From: Candidatus Omnitrophota bacterium
Lineage (GTDB): Bacteria > Omnitrophota > Gorgyraeia > B26-G9
NCBI GenBank assembly: GCA_043826565.1
Contig: JBDRPX010000004.1
Location: 103,604-167,603 of the forward strand
Reading direction: 5' to 3'
Length of the DNA stretch: 64,000 nt
Part shown: piece after piece, positions 43,590 through 53,625 of the stretch
Numbering within the stretch: position 1 is the stretch's first letter
Layout of the letters: the number at the start of each line of letters is the position of its first letter
Notes under the pieces: generated by a model
Told to the model about the DNA's origin: nothing
The model's database searches: none
What the model saw: the letters and a program-made list of their open reading frames with translations, nothing else
Position numbers and translations under genes: made by a program

Positions 43590-44061
43590 AAACAGAAGTC
43601 AGAGGTCAGAAATCAGAGGTCAGAAGAAAAAAAATCTGTCATCTGTTATCTGTCATCCGACGTCTGGTTTTACCTTAGTCGAGGTGCTGGTTGCGGTGGT
43701 GGTTTTGTCCGTAGGATTAGTCATTATATATGAATCATTCTTAATGTCGCTCGATGTCATAAATTTGTTCTTCAATCGGTTAAATGCGCAGTTTTTCATA
43801 AGTGAAAAAATTGCTCAGGTTCAGCATGGATTCGACCAGCCGGCGGGAACTTTTTTCTCTCCAAATCAAAACGGAATAGTTACTTTAAATAACCGTCTGT
43901 TTAATTGGCAAATAGATATGAATTTGCTTGATGTCCGAGGGGAACTTTATAAGCTTGATACTGTTGTTTCCTGGAAAGAGGGATCTAAAGATAGTGTGAT
44001 CCGCCGGTCTACGCTGGTTAAAAAATATTTTTCTAATTCCTGCCCGGAGAAAAAAAGGTAA
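43567..44061 (+). CDS. minor pseudopilin (GspH/I-like); start uncertain
   Basis: Class III signal G|FTLVEVLVAVVVLSVGLVII. The only in-frame ATGs are at 43567/43570, overlapping the gspG 3' end. That start implies a 34-aa basic leader encoded through a heptamer repeat. The track's start at 43465 would overlap gspG by 125 nt. Confidence 0.45.
   Translation: MMLIIGSKNRSQRSEIRGQKKKNLSSVICHPTSGFTLVEVLVAVVVLSVGLVIIYESFLMSLDVINLFFNRLNAQFFISEKIAQVQHGFDQPAGTFFSPNQNGIVTLNNRLFNWQIDMNLLDVRGELYKLDTVVSWKEGSKDSVIRRSTLVKKYFSNSCPEKKR
43591..43672 (+). repeat. inverted heptamer arrays (CAGARNT x5, an A-run, then TCTGTYA x3-5) at the gspG / minor-pseudopilin junction
   Basis: The sequence reads CAGAAGT CAGAGGT CAGAAAT CAGAGGT CAGAAGA AAAAAAA TCTGTCA TCTGTTA TCTGTCA TCCGACG TCTGGTT. 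Confidence 0.6.
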
Positions 44062-44069
44062 TCGTGTTT

Positions 44070-44690
44070 ATGGGAATAAATAATAAAAAAGGTTTTACTT
44101 TTCTGGAAATGCTCATGTCCGCGGCCATGACCGCGGTTTTAGCCGTGACTTTATATGGAATGCTGGCTAATGGTTTAAAAGTATGGACTGTAGTTAATCG
44201 AGAGTCTCCGCAATTAGATAGAAGTTTATTTTTTGAAAGTATTACGGAAGAATTAAGTAATAGTTTTGAGTTTGCCGGTATCGAATTTACGGGAGATCAA
44301 ATCAGTTTTTCTTTTCCTGCTTTGATGAAGGTTTCGGGAAGAGAAGACGGATTTTATGAAGAAATAGGTTTGGTTAGATATTTTTATGATAAGAATGATA
44401 AAAATATAAACAAACAGCAAGTCAGTTATCAGCAATTACACCAAATGAAGAAGACAGAGTCCCGGGAAAAAATGAAGGAAGTTGAGTCTTTTTCCTTAAG
44501 CTATTATTTTTATGACAAAGAAAAAGATACATTTTTCTGGTCTTCCGTATGGCCTCCGGAGATGCCGGAACCAACTAAAACTATAGGCCTTCCTCAGGCG
44601 GTGCATATAGAGATGTCTTTTAAAGACGGAGTCAAAATTGAGAAGTGCAGCAGGATTATTACGATTCCTTCCGGAGGATTGGTTGGTTGA
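44070..44690 (+). CDS. minor pseudopilin (GspJ-like)
   Basis: Leader MGINNKKG|FTFLEMLMSAAMTAVLAV with Glu at +5. ATG 44070 is preferred over GTG 44064. Confidence 0.55.
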   Translation: MGINNKKGFTFLEMLMSAAMTAVLAVTLYGMLANGLKVWTVVNRESPQLDRSLFFESITEELSNSFEFAGIEFTGDQISFSFPALMKVSGREDGFYEEIGLVRYFYDKNDKNINKQQVSYQQLHQMKKTESREKMKEVESFSLSYYFYDKEKDTFFWSSVWPPEMPEPTKTIGLPQAVHIEMSFKDGVKIEKCSRIITIPSGGLVG

Positions 44691-44770
44691 AATGATGATT
44701 ATTGAGAGTTGATAATTGAAAATTGTAAAAATATTTGATGTTTTTCCAATAGACAACACTCAACGGTCAA
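44688..44770 (+). repeat. conserved ~80-bp intergenic inverted-heptamer element, copy C
   Basis: TGAGAGTTGATAATTGAAAATTGTAAAAAT...TTTTTCCAATAGACAACACTCAACGGTCAATTTTC lies upstream of the gspK-like start at 44810. Confidence 0.65.
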
Positions 44771-44809
44771 TTTTCTTATTAACTATTTTAGGAAAAATTA
44801 TTTAAGCAT

Positions 44810-45910
44810 ATGAAAAGGTTACAGTTTAACGATAATGGTAGCGTACTAATATTAGTGTTATGGATGCTTGGACTTTTAACGGTTTTTGCGGTATACTTAG
44901 GAATTGGTGTCAGGCAAAAGTTAGACTTTCTAAATCGCTTGGAAACGCGGAATAAGCTGAGTTTGATCGCGGAAGCCGGGGTCAAAAAAGCGATTGCCGA
45001 GATCGGGAATATGGATGTCGAACGTTCGGTCATATCACTAGGTGAGCCGATCTTTAATAATGAAGCAGTTTTTTCGCAAAGTAAGATCGCAGAAGGATGG
45101 TTTACCGTAGGATATAATTGTCGTCCGGATGATTTTCATGCTTATGGCAGTGTGGGCGATGAGAAGGAAATGATGTTCGGGGTGCGGGATGCGGCCGGAA
45201 ATATAAATCTCAATTTTGCGAATCGTAATGAACTTATCCGGTTATTACAGTCAGCGGCGGGAGTGGAAGCGTATATGGCTGATCAAATCGCTTCCAGTAT
45301 TGTTGACTGGAGAGATAGAGACAGTATGTCCGCGCCTAATGGGGCAGAGGATAATTATTATCAAGGGTTAAAAGAACCTTATGATTGTAAAGATGATTTA
45401 TTTACAACACAGGAAGAATTGTGTTATGTCCGGGGGATGACCCGGGGAATTTTTGAAAAAATTGAACCGTATATTACGGTTTTTGGTTCCGGGCAGGTGA
45501 ATATTAATACCGCGCCGAAAATAGTGCTTAACAGTTTAGGCTTAAGTAATAGACTGGTGACAAAGATTCTGTTGTTCCGCTGCGGTGAGGATAAGATTCC
45601 GGCAACTGCTGATGACCGTGTTTTTAACAGCTCTTCTTCGGTTATGGCCGAACTAAGTCAGATGTATTCTCTGACTCCGAGCGAAGCGGCAGAACTAAGT
45701 AATTTGGTTTCTCAAGGGAGAATTACGGTAAATTCAGGTGTTTTTTTGATTCAAAGCACAGCTTTTCTTGAACGCAAAAATGGCAAATGTAAAATTGATT
45801 GTGTTCTTGAAAAAAATCTGGTACCGGAAACTATAAGAGCAGGCTGGATTTTAAGTTGGCGCATAAGGTATTTAAATCAAGAGGAAACTTACAAACTGGA
45901 TAATATATGA
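44810..45910 (+). CDS. GspK-like minor pseudopilin
   Basis: N-terminal GSVLILVLWMLGLLTVFA has no Glu at +5, as in GspK. Two NINxN.A helix-hairpin-helix-like segments (NINLNFANRNELIRLLQ, NINTAPKIVLNSLGL). Confidence 0.55.
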   Translation: MKRLQFNDNGSVLILVLWMLGLLTVFAVYLGIGVRQKLDFLNRLETRNKLSLIAEAGVKKAIAEIGNMDVERSVISLGEPIFNNEAVFSQSKIAEGWFTVGYNCRPDDFHAYGSVGDEKEMMFGVRDAAGNINLNFANRNELIRLLQSAAGVEAYMADQIASSIVDWRDRDSMSAPNGAEDNYYQGLKEPYDCKDDLFTTQEELCYVRGMTRGIFEKIEPYITVFGSGQVNINTAPKIVLNSLGLSNRLVTKILLFRCGEDKIPATADDRVFNSSSSVMAELSQMYSLTPSEAAELSNLVSQGRITVNSGVFLIQSTAFLERKNGKCKIDCVLEKNLVPETIRAGWILSWRIRYLNQEETYKLDNI

Positions 45911-47340
45911 TTAGACAATCAGATATAGTTGGATTTGATATCAGCGGAGATGAATTGGTTTTTTGTTATGTGAAAAATTCCGGTACAAAAAAAGAAATCC
46001 TTAGCCTGCTGACATATAATATAAAGGAATCATCTTCTGATGATATCGCCGGAATGGTAAAAAAGATTTTTAAGGATCTAAAAATAAAAAATCCTTATCT
46101 TGTCAATGTTATTCCCCTTAATCTGGCGATTACAAAAAATTTGGAAATTCCTTCGCTGGACCCTAAAGAAATAAAGGAAATTGTGGATTTACAGTCCGGA
46201 CGGCAGACGCCGTATGCACGGGAAGAGATCATTGTCGATTATATAAATCATGGTGAGTACCGTCAAAGCTATACAAAGATACTATTGGTGATTGTTCCCC
46301 GGGAGGCGATAAAAAAGCAATTTGAAGTGATGACTAAAGCCGGAGTTAATATCGAAAAGATCCTGTTTGCTCCGGAAGGCTTAAGCGCGGTATGTACGCA
46401 GCAGATAAAAGCAGAGATACAGGATAACCCGATAGGGATTATTCATATCGATACGAATTTTACTGATTTTATTATTTCCCTAAAAGGTGTTCCGATTTTT
46501 ACCCGAAGTATTCCCATAGAATCCGGACAAATAATCAATGAAAAGGAAAAATTCGTGGAAGAGTTAAAAAAATCGGTGGAGACATATTATTCCGAAGATA
46601 TAGATAAATCACCGCATGTGCTGATCTTGACGGGTATTACCGAGCAATCAAAGGAATTGGAAATTTCCTTGACCACGCAATTGCATATCCCGGTAAAAAC
46701 TATCCCATATTTTAGCCAATTACCTCTTAATGCTAATATTTCCACGATGCCTTCAATAGCGCGGCATCTTTCATTTTTTAATGTTGCTTCGGTGCTTTTG
46801 TTCCCGCAAGATATGAAAGTCAATCTTATCCCTGAAGAAATAAAATTGAAACGTTCTTTTGAGGAGAGGGCTTATGAATTGATAAAAATGGGCGTATATG
46901 TAATTTGTCTGCTGATTATGGTTGGCGGGTTCTTTCTGGGGAGGGTATATTTTAGGGGCAGATATCTCGAGCGCCTGAAGGAGCAGTATCAGACGACTAA
47001 TCAGGAAGCCCAGGTTTTAGAGAAATCAATGGAGAAGATCCGGATGATTAAACATTATCTTAAAAGCCGGGGGTATCCATTGCAGGTTTTGGCGGCTGTC
47101 TATGATGTGCTGCCCAACCGGATTTTACTTGATAGTATTAAGATGGATAAAGATGGTAATCTATATTTAAAAGGCACGGCCAGAGCAATGTCGGATGTAT
47201 TTGCTTTTGTGGTTGCTTTAGAAGATTCTTCTCATTTTAGTAATGTGCAGACTAACTATACGACTTCCCGAAAAGAAGACGGCGAGGATTGGGCGGATTT
47301 CGGTATTGTCTGTCTTTTGGAACAAAATATTATTAACTGA
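45907..47340 (+). CDS. GspL-like assembly protein (PilM-like cytoplasmic domain + TM + PilN-like periplasmic domain)
   Basis: Actin-like N-domain (IVGFDISGDELVFCYV), a single TM helix (MGVYVICLLIMVGGFFLG) and a periplasmic C-domain. A 4-nt ATGA overlap links it to the upstream gene. Confidence 0.5.
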   Translation: MIRQSDIVGFDISGDELVFCYVKNSGTKKEILSLLTYNIKESSSDDIAGMVKKIFKDLKIKNPYLVNVIPLNLAITKNLEIPSLDPKEIKEIVDLQSGRQTPYAREEIIVDYINHGEYRQSYTKILLVIVPREAIKKQFEVMTKAGVNIEKILFAPEGLSAVCTQQIKAEIQDNPIGIIHIDTNFTDFIISLKGVPIFTRSIPIESGQIINEKEKFVEELKKSVETYYSEDIDKSPHVLILTGITEQSKELEISLTTQLHIPVKTIPYFSQLPLNANISTMPSIARHLSFFNVASVLLFPQDMKVNLIPEEIKLKRSFEERAYELIKMGVYVICLLIMVGGFFLGRVYFRGRYLERLKEQYQTTNQEAQVLEKSMEKIRMIKHYLKSRGYPLQVLAAVYDVLPNRILLDSIKMDKDGNLYLKGTARAMSDVFAFVVALEDSSHFSNVQTNYTTSRKEDGEDWADFGIVCLLEQNIIN

Positions 47341-47357
47341 TGTAAACCGAGGAAGAG

Positions 47358-47900
47358 ATGATTAAGGGATTTATTTCCAGGCTATCAAAAAGAGAAAAGA
47401 CAGTATTATATGTTTCTCTGGGGTTTGCACTGCTGGCCTTAATGGATCGGGCGGTGGTTGGCCCGATTATCGGCAAGCTGAATTCTTTGGAAAAAGAGAT
47501 TCAGGAGACCGAGCACCAGATCAAAAAAAATCTGATCATTAAATCTCAGCAGAAGCGTATAAATGAGGAAGAAAAGCAATACGCGACGTTTTCTGTGGAA
47601 GCCGGGTCCGGAGAAGAGGAAACAGCTTCTTTATTAAAGGATATCGAAAACCTGGCTACGGAATTTTCGATTTATCTAATTGATATGAAACCGCTTACTG
47701 TGGTTTCCGGAGGAGGAATTAAGAAATACGTGGTATCCTTAAGCTGTGAGGCGGAGATGAAAGCAATGGTTACTTTTTTATATGCCATGGAAAATGCCGA
47801 TAAACTTCTACAAATAGGAGCGTTTAATATTACTCCGAAGAATAAGCAGTCAAGTGTCGGACGATGTGAATTATTAGTATATAAGATAGTTATCCCGTGA
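47358..47900 (+). CDS. GspM/PilO-like bitopic membrane protein
   Basis: Single N-terminal TM helix (VLYVSLGFALLALM) then a coiled coil. Its position after the gspL-like gene supports the call. Confidence 0.4.
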   Translation: MIKGFISRLSKREKTVLYVSLGFALLALMDRAVVGPIIGKLNSLEKEIQETEHQIKKNLIIKSQQKRINEEEKQYATFSVEAGSGEEETASLLKDIENLATEFSIYLIDMKPLTVVSGGGIKKYVVSLSCEAEMKAMVTFLYAMENADKLLQIGAFNITPKNKQSSVGRCELLVYKIVIP

Positions 47901-47916
47901 ATTTCTCCCCCCTCTA

Positions 47917-47945
47917 TTGCCAAAGCCTTTTTACAGTGGTATAAT
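47917..47945 (+). promoter_or_regulatory. sigma70 promoter with extended -10, upstream of pgk
   Basis: TTGCCA at 47917-47922, a 17-nt spacer, then TGGTATAAT with TATAAT at 47940-47945. Confidence 0.5.
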
Positions 47946-48103
47946 AATTCTCTGATACAAAAAGATAAAAAAGAGTTTACCGTTACTCCTGCCCGCCAAT
48001 CTTTATGGCGGAAAGATTGGCGAGGTTTAATTCGCAGACGGACAAACCCCTATGATTTGCAATTCTGCAAATCATCTGCTCATTAAAGAAAGAGATTAAC
48101 AAA

Positions 48104-49285
48104 ATGAACAAAATGACTGTAAAAGATGTTGATTTAAAGGACAAAAAGGTATTGATGCGGGTGGATTTTAATGTTCCGCTGGATGAAAACCAAAATATAA
48201 CCGATGAACTTCGGATAGTTTCCGCACTACCGACAATTAAATATTGTTTGGAAAATCAGGCTAAAAAGATTGTCCTGATGAGCCACCTGGGCCGGCCTAA
48301 AGGAAAAGTCGTCGATACAATGAGCCTGGCTCCGGTTGCAAAAAGATTAAGCGAATTGCTTAATCTTCCGGTAAAAAAGCTCAATGATTGTGTGGGGAAA
48401 GAGATTGAGCAGGCAGTTGATTCTGCTTCTGAGAAGGTTATTTTGCTGGAAAACCTGCGTTTTCATGCGCAAGAAACAAAAAATGATGAAGATTTTGCCA
48501 AGCAATTATCCCGCATGGGTGAAATATTTATTAATGATGCTTTTGGTACGGCGCATCGCGCGCATGCTTCGACAGAAGGAGTAACCCATTATTTACCTTC
48601 ATATGCCGGACTTCTATTAGAAAAGGAAATCGCTTATTTAGGTAATATAGTTCAGGATCCGGAGCATCCTTTTGTTACGATCTTAGGCGGAGCAAAAGTA
48701 TCCGACAAGATCAAGATGATCGAAAATATTATGGATAAAGTAGATTGTTTTTTAATTGGCGGCGGTATGGCCTATACATTTTTAAAAGCGCAGGGAAAAG
48801 CTATTGGCAATTCTAAGCTGGAGGAAGATAGCATTGAACTGGCGCGTTCGATTTTAGAAAAAGCAGCGGCTAATAACGTAGACATTGTCCTTCCTGTTGA
48901 CAATGTTGTTGCCGATGAATTTAAGGAGGATGCTAATATCCTTAATGTCGGGGAAGATATCCCCGATGGTTATATGGGGCTGGATGTGGGCCTGAAAACA
49001 ATTGAGCTTTATAAAGAAAAATTAAAAAGCGCAAAAACAATTGTCTGGAATGGACCAGTAGGTGTTTTTGAAATGCCCTCTTTTGCTAAAGGTACGCAAG
49101 CGATTGCTGAATTTATCGCCACGCTTGATGCGACCAGTGTTATCGGCGGAGGAGATACTGCCAGTGCGGTGCGTAAATTTAATGTTGTCGACAAAATGAG
49201 CCATGTTTCTACCGGCGGCGGAGCCAGTCTGGAATTTCTGGAAGGGCTGGAATTGCCGGGAATCGCGGCTTTAAAAGACAAATAA
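48104..49285 (+). CDS. pgk: phosphoglycerate kinase
   Basis: Conserved PGK N- and C-domains over the full length ([24 protein letters not shown]). Confidence 0.9.
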   Translation: MNKMTVKDVDLKDKKVLMRVDFNVPLDENQNITDELRIVSALPTIKYCLENQAKKIVLMSHLGRPKGKVVDTMSLAPVAKRLSELLNLPVKKLNDCVGKEIEQAVDSASEKVILLENLRFHAQETKNDEDFAKQLSRMGEIFINDAFGTAHRAHASTEGVTHYLPSYAGLLLEKEIAYLGNIVQDPEHPFVTILGGAKVSDKIKMIENIMDKVDCFLIGGGMAYTFLKAQGKAIGNSKLEEDSIELARSILEKAAANNVDIVLPVDNVVADEFKEDANILNVGEDIPDGYMGLDVGLKTIELYKEKLKSAKTIVWNGPVGVFEMPSFAKGTQAIAEFIATLDATSVIGGGDTASAVRKFNVVDKMSHVSTGGGASLEFLEGLELPGIAALKDK

Positions 49286-49320
49286 TTTTAAAATTAACAA
49301 TGCAAAGTTAGCAATTTAAA

Positions 49321-49788
49321 ATGAAAATAAGAACTAAAATAAAAAAAGGATTTTCACTTGTTGAGCTTTTAGTTGTTATCGCGGTATTGGCGGTACTTAT
49401 CGGATTGCTGGCAGGCGGAGGCTCAACAGCGCGGAAAAAAGGAAAAATTTACAGTACCAAGGCAATGATTGCTTCCCTGGAAACAGCATTGGCAATGTAT
49501 CATTCTGATTATGGACAATATCCTGTGTCGGGAAATCAGAATTTAGTTAATCGTTTAGCTGATGAGGCAACGTACGGGCAGGGTGGCACCGCGCCGGAAG
49601 CTGATTGGAAAGGCCCATACATAAGTTTTAAGAATGAAGATTTGAATGGATCAATACCCGCGGCTAAGGTAATCGATGCCTGGGATAAAGATTTTCAATA
49701 TACACTTAATGTTAATAAATACTCAATTGTTTCCGGAGGGCCGGATGGTGATATTGGGACAACGGGAGATAATATAACTAGTGAGTAA
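49321..49788 (+). CDS. type IV pilin / GspG-like prepilin
   Basis: Leader MKIRTKIKKG|FSLVELLVVIAVLAVLIGLL with Glu at +5. Confidence 0.7.
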   Translation: MKIRTKIKKGFSLVELLVVIAVLAVLIGLLAGGGSTARKKGKIYSTKAMIASLETALAMYHSDYGQYPVSGNQNLVNRLADEATYGQGGTAPEADWKGPYISFKNEDLNGSIPAAKVIDAWDKDFQYTLNVNKYSIVSGGPDGDIGTTGDNITSE

Positions 49789-49846
49789 AGACCTCTCACC
49801 CCTAAAGGGTTCGAGGTTAATTTGCTAACGCAAATTAAGGAGAAAA

Positions 49847-50614
49847 ATGAGAAAGACTATAATTGCCGGAAACTGGAAGATGAATAAAACAATAACCGAA
49901 TCTTTAGATCTTGTTCGTGAACTAAGCATGGAGTTAAAGGATATAAGGGATGTTGATGTCGTTGTGTTTCCGGTTTTCACAGCTTTATACAGCGTGAGCC
50001 ATGAGATCGAAGGATCAAATATAAAATTAGGAGCCCAAAATCTGTTTTGGGAAGAGAAGGGCGCTTTTACCGGAGAAGTTTCTCCGGCAATGATTAAAGA
50101 TGCTAATTGTGAATATGTAATAATCGGACATTCGGAACGCCGCAGTATTTTTAAAGAAACAAATGAATTTGTGAACAAAAAACTTAAAGCGGCATTAAAA
50201 GCGGGATTATTGCCGATTGTCTGCGTGGGAGAGCGTTTGGAAGAACGGCAGAAAAATCAGACGTTTGATGTTATTCGAGATCATATAACCGGTGCTTTTG
50301 AAGGATTAAGCGCCGATGATTTAAAAAATGTTATTATTGCCTATGAACCGGTATGGGCGATCGGTACCGGACAGGTGGCCACCCCGGAGCAGGCGCAGGA
50401 AGTACATGTGTTTATCCGTAAGCTTATTGAAGATAATTTCGGCGCGCAGGCAGCTGCGGCAATGATAATTCAGTACGGCGGAAGTGTGACCCCGGATAAT
50501 ATAAAGGCCTTGATATCTCAGCCGGATATTGATGGAGCCTTAGTCGGTGGAGCGGCTTTAAAAGCAGGGTCTTTTTTAGGGATCATCAAACAATGTTTGC
50601 CTGCGGAAGTATAA
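49847..50614 (+). CDS. tpiA: triosephosphate isomerase
   Basis: IAGNWKMNK, IIGHSERR and AYEPVWAIGTG motifs. Confidence 0.9.
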   Translation: MRKTIIAGNWKMNKTITESLDLVRELSMELKDIRDVDVVVFPVFTALYSVSHEIEGSNIKLGAQNLFWEEKGAFTGEVSPAMIKDANCEYVIIGHSERRSIFKETNEFVNKKLKAALKAGLLPIVCVGERLEERQKNQTFDVIRDHITGAFEGLSADDLKNVIIAYEPVWAIGTGQVATPEQAQEVHVFIRKLIEDNFGAQAAAAMIIQYGGSVTPDNIKALISQPDIDGALVGGAALKAGSFLGIIKQCLPAEV

Positions 50615-50721
50615 TTGATCTCGTAGGGAACGGGACTGCCCGTTCCTAGGATGGCATATAAATTTTATAATATCAAAAATACGGTTCAGGCAGGCCTGAA
50701 CCCTACAGGTTCTAAAAAACC

Positions 50722-52380
50722 ATGCTGAATAAACAGAAAATTATCAGCGAGTTTCTAACCGCTAAAGGTATAATTACAATTGACCAATTGCAGCAGGTCA
50801 AACAGCTGCAGGACCGTACTCAAGAAAGCATTAAAAGTGTTTTTAAAAAACTTAATATTTTTTGTGATAATCAGTTGGGCAATCTAATCATCGAAGAATT
50901 AGGTCTTTCCTTTATCGACCCTTTCACATTTACTTTTAAGCCGGCAATGCTGGAACTTACAGAATCTTTTTTTGCTAACCGTTTTCGGGTTATGCCGCTT
51001 GATATCCAAGGGGATGAGTTGACGATAGCGCTGGATAATCCTCTTAATTTTATTTTACTGGAATATTTCTCTAAAGTTTTAGGCTGTAAAATTAATGGTG
51101 AAATGATCCGGGTAGAAGCTATGGACGAACTGCTGAAAAAGTATTACCCCATAGCTTCGGAAGATATGGTTGCGCCTTCTCCGGAAGAGACCACAGATAG
51201 CGAGGGACATATAGCGGATGATGCTCCCGTAGTCCAGCTGGTAAGCATGCTGATTTCTGACGCGTATAGAAGAAGAGCCAGTGATATTCATATAGAGCCG
51301 TTACAGGAAACATTACGTATTCGTTACCGTATTGACGGGGTATTGCAGCAGGTCCAATCCCCGGTAAAGAAATTACAGGCTTCTGTAGCCAGCCGGATTA
51401 AATTAATGGCGGGAATGAATATCGCCGAGAAACGATTGCCTCAAGATGGAAGGATCCGTACGATTGTTGATAATCGGGAATTTGATTTAAGAGTTTCCAC
51501 TCTTCCGTCGCATTATGGGGAAAGTGTAGTTCTGCGTATTTTAGATAAAAGAGTTATGAATGTTGAAGAATTAGGGTTTTCCGATTTACAGCAGGAGGTT
51601 TTTAAAAATATTGCTAATTTCCCCAATGGAATCATTCTGGTTACCGGCCCGACCGGAAGCGGTAAAAGCACTACTCTTTATGCGGTGCTAAGTAGTATTA
51701 ATCGGGCGCAAAGAAAGATTCTAACGGTAGAAGATCCGGTAGAATATCAGATCTCCGGTATTAATCAGGTACAGGTAAAACCTACAATCGGACTTTCTTT
51801 TGCGATGGTCTTGCGGTCTATGCTTCGGCAGGCTCCGGACATTATAATGGTCGGTGAAATCAGAGATTTAGAAACCGCAAGTATTTCCGTGCAGTCGGCT
51901 TTGACCGGACATTTGATCTTTAGTACATTGCACACAAACGATGCCTCCAGTGCGATAACCAGGCTTGTGGATATGGGGATTAAACCATATCTTGCGGCAG
52001 CAACATTGCGGGCGGTTTTGGCCCAGCGGCTTATCCGTCTTTTATGCCCGCATTGTAAAGAAGCTTATAATCCTCCGAAAGATGAGGTGAAAATTTTAGA
52101 GATTGATTTGACGGATAAAGATGTGGTTTTATACCGGGCGAAAGGATGCAGCCAATGTTCTCATTCCGGTTATCTGGGACGCACGGGAATTTTTGAACTA
52201 TTGGTATTTGATGATGATATTCGGCAATTAACACATAAGCGTTTTCCGAGTACGAAAATTAGAGAAAGAGCCCGTTCGCGGGGTATGATCACCTTGAAAG
52301 AACATGCGACCGAAAAAGTCCTGAGCGGATTGACCAGTTTTCAGGAATTAGTGAGAGTTACGCAAAGTGATGTGGACTAG
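50722..52380 (+). CDS. pilB: type IV pilus assembly ATPase PilB
   Basis: N-terminal GSPII_E N-domain; VTGPTGSGKSTT; tetracysteine CPHCKEAY...GCSQCSHSGY. Confidence 0.85.
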   Translation: MLNKQKIISEFLTAKGIITIDQLQQVKQLQDRTQESIKSVFKKLNIFCDNQLGNLIIEELGLSFIDPFTFTFKPAMLELTESFFANRFRVMPLDIQGDELTIALDNPLNFILLEYFSKVLGCKINGEMIRVEAMDELLKKYYPIASEDMVAPSPEETTDSEGHIADDAPVVQLVSMLISDAYRRRASDIHIEPLQETLRIRYRIDGVLQQVQSPVKKLQASVASRIKLMAGMNIAEKRLPQDGRIRTIVDNREFDLRVSTLPSHYGESVVLRILDKRVMNVEELGFSDLQQEVFKNIANFPNGIILVTGPTGSGKSTTLYAVLSSINRAQRKILTVEDPVEYQISGINQVQVKPTIGLSFAMVLRSMLRQAPDIIMVGEIRDLETASISVQSALTGHLIFSTLHTNDASSAITRLVDMGIKPYLAAATLRAVLAQRLIRLLCPHCKEAYNPPKDEVKILEIDLTDKDVVLYRAKGCSQCSHSGYLGRTGIFELLVFDDDIRQLTHKRFPSTKIRERARSRGMITLKEHATEKVLSGLTSFQELVRVTQSDVD

Positions 52381-52557
52381 AAAATAAGGCTCAGAGCCTT
52401 ATTTTGAAATCACAATAAACAAATAACAGATTCCAAACAAATGACAATAACCAAAATTCAAATGACAAAAAATAGATTATAATATGCTTGGTGATTGATT
52501 TTTAAATATTGGAATTTGGAAATTGTAATTTGGAATTTAAAAAAATGGGGGTAGAAT

Positions 52558-53625
52558 ATGGCAGATATAGGAGAACTGTTACAGCTTTGTATTAATCAGA
52601 ATGCTTCTGATTTACACTTGACCGTAGGAAAGCCGCCGACGATTCGGGTTGACGGGTCGTTAATGAGCATGAATTATGAGCCGCTGGCGCATGAAGATAC
52701 GGAAATCCTTATGAAATCTATTACCAGCAGTGAAAATCAACGCAGGGTTCAGGAGGTCGGAGGAGTTGATTTTGGTTTTGCTTTTGAAAAAGTAGCGCGT
52801 TTTCGTGTTTCAGTGTATAAACAAAAAGGCCATTATGGGATGACCTTGCGGTTAATCCCGACTCATTTGCTTAGTTTTCAGGAAATTGGTTTGCCGACGG
52901 TAATCCGTGATTTGCTTTATCGTCCGAGAGGACTTGTTCTGGTAACCGGGCCGACCGGAAGCGGTAAAACAACGACATTAGCAACGATGACTGATTTTGT
53001 TAATACCGAAAGAGACTGTCATATAATTACGATTGAAGATCCGATAGAGTATTATCATACTCATAAGAAGGGGATTGTTACGCAAAGAGAAATCGGGGTT
53101 GATGTCCCGACATTTAGTGAAGGGTTAATAAGAGGATTGCGTCAGGATCCGGATCTGATACTTGTTGGTGAAATGAGAGATTTGGCGACGATTGAAGCGG
53201 CAATACTTGCCGCGGAAACCGGGCATTTGGTTTTGGCAACCTTGCATACAACAAGTGCCGCGGCTACCGTAGATCGTATTATTGATGTTTTTCCTCCTTC
53301 ACAGCAGGAACAGATCAGGACACAGCTTTCTACTTCTATTTTAGCGGTAATATCACAGCAGCTGATCGTCAAAGCTACCGGACGGGGCAGGGTTGGTGCT
53401 TTTGAGATCATGATAAGTACGTCTTCAATCCAGAATCTTATTCGTGAAAAGAAGACTTATCGCATTCCCTCTGATTTACAAACCGGAGCAAAATATGGTA
53501 TGAAACCGTTTGATACCTCGTTATTTGAGTTATATTCACAGGGGTTAATCCGGGCCGAAGATGCGGTGGCTAAAGCTTTTGATAAAGAGAGTATGCAGAA
53601 AAAAGTACAGGGAGAGTATAAATAA
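52558..53625 (+). CDS. pilT: twitching-motility retraction ATPase PilT
   Basis: 355 aa with ASDLHL, VTGPTGSGKTTT and SIQNLIRE, and no N-terminal extension. Confidence 0.85.
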   Translation: MADIGELLQLCINQNASDLHLTVGKPPTIRVDGSLMSMNYEPLAHEDTEILMKSITSSENQRRVQEVGGVDFGFAFEKVARFRVSVYKQKGHYGMTLRLIPTHLLSFQEIGLPTVIRDLLYRPRGLVLVTGPTGSGKTTTLATMTDFVNTERDCHIITIEDPIEYYHTHKKGIVTQREIGVDVPTFSEGLIRGLRQDPDLILVGEMRDLATIEAAILAAETGHLVLATLHTTSAAATVDRIIDVFPPSQQEQIRTQLSTSILAVISQQLIVKATGRGRVGAFEIMISTSSIQNLIREKKTYRIPSDLQTGAKYGMKPFDTSLFELYSQGLIRAEDAVAKAFDKESMQKKVQGEYK

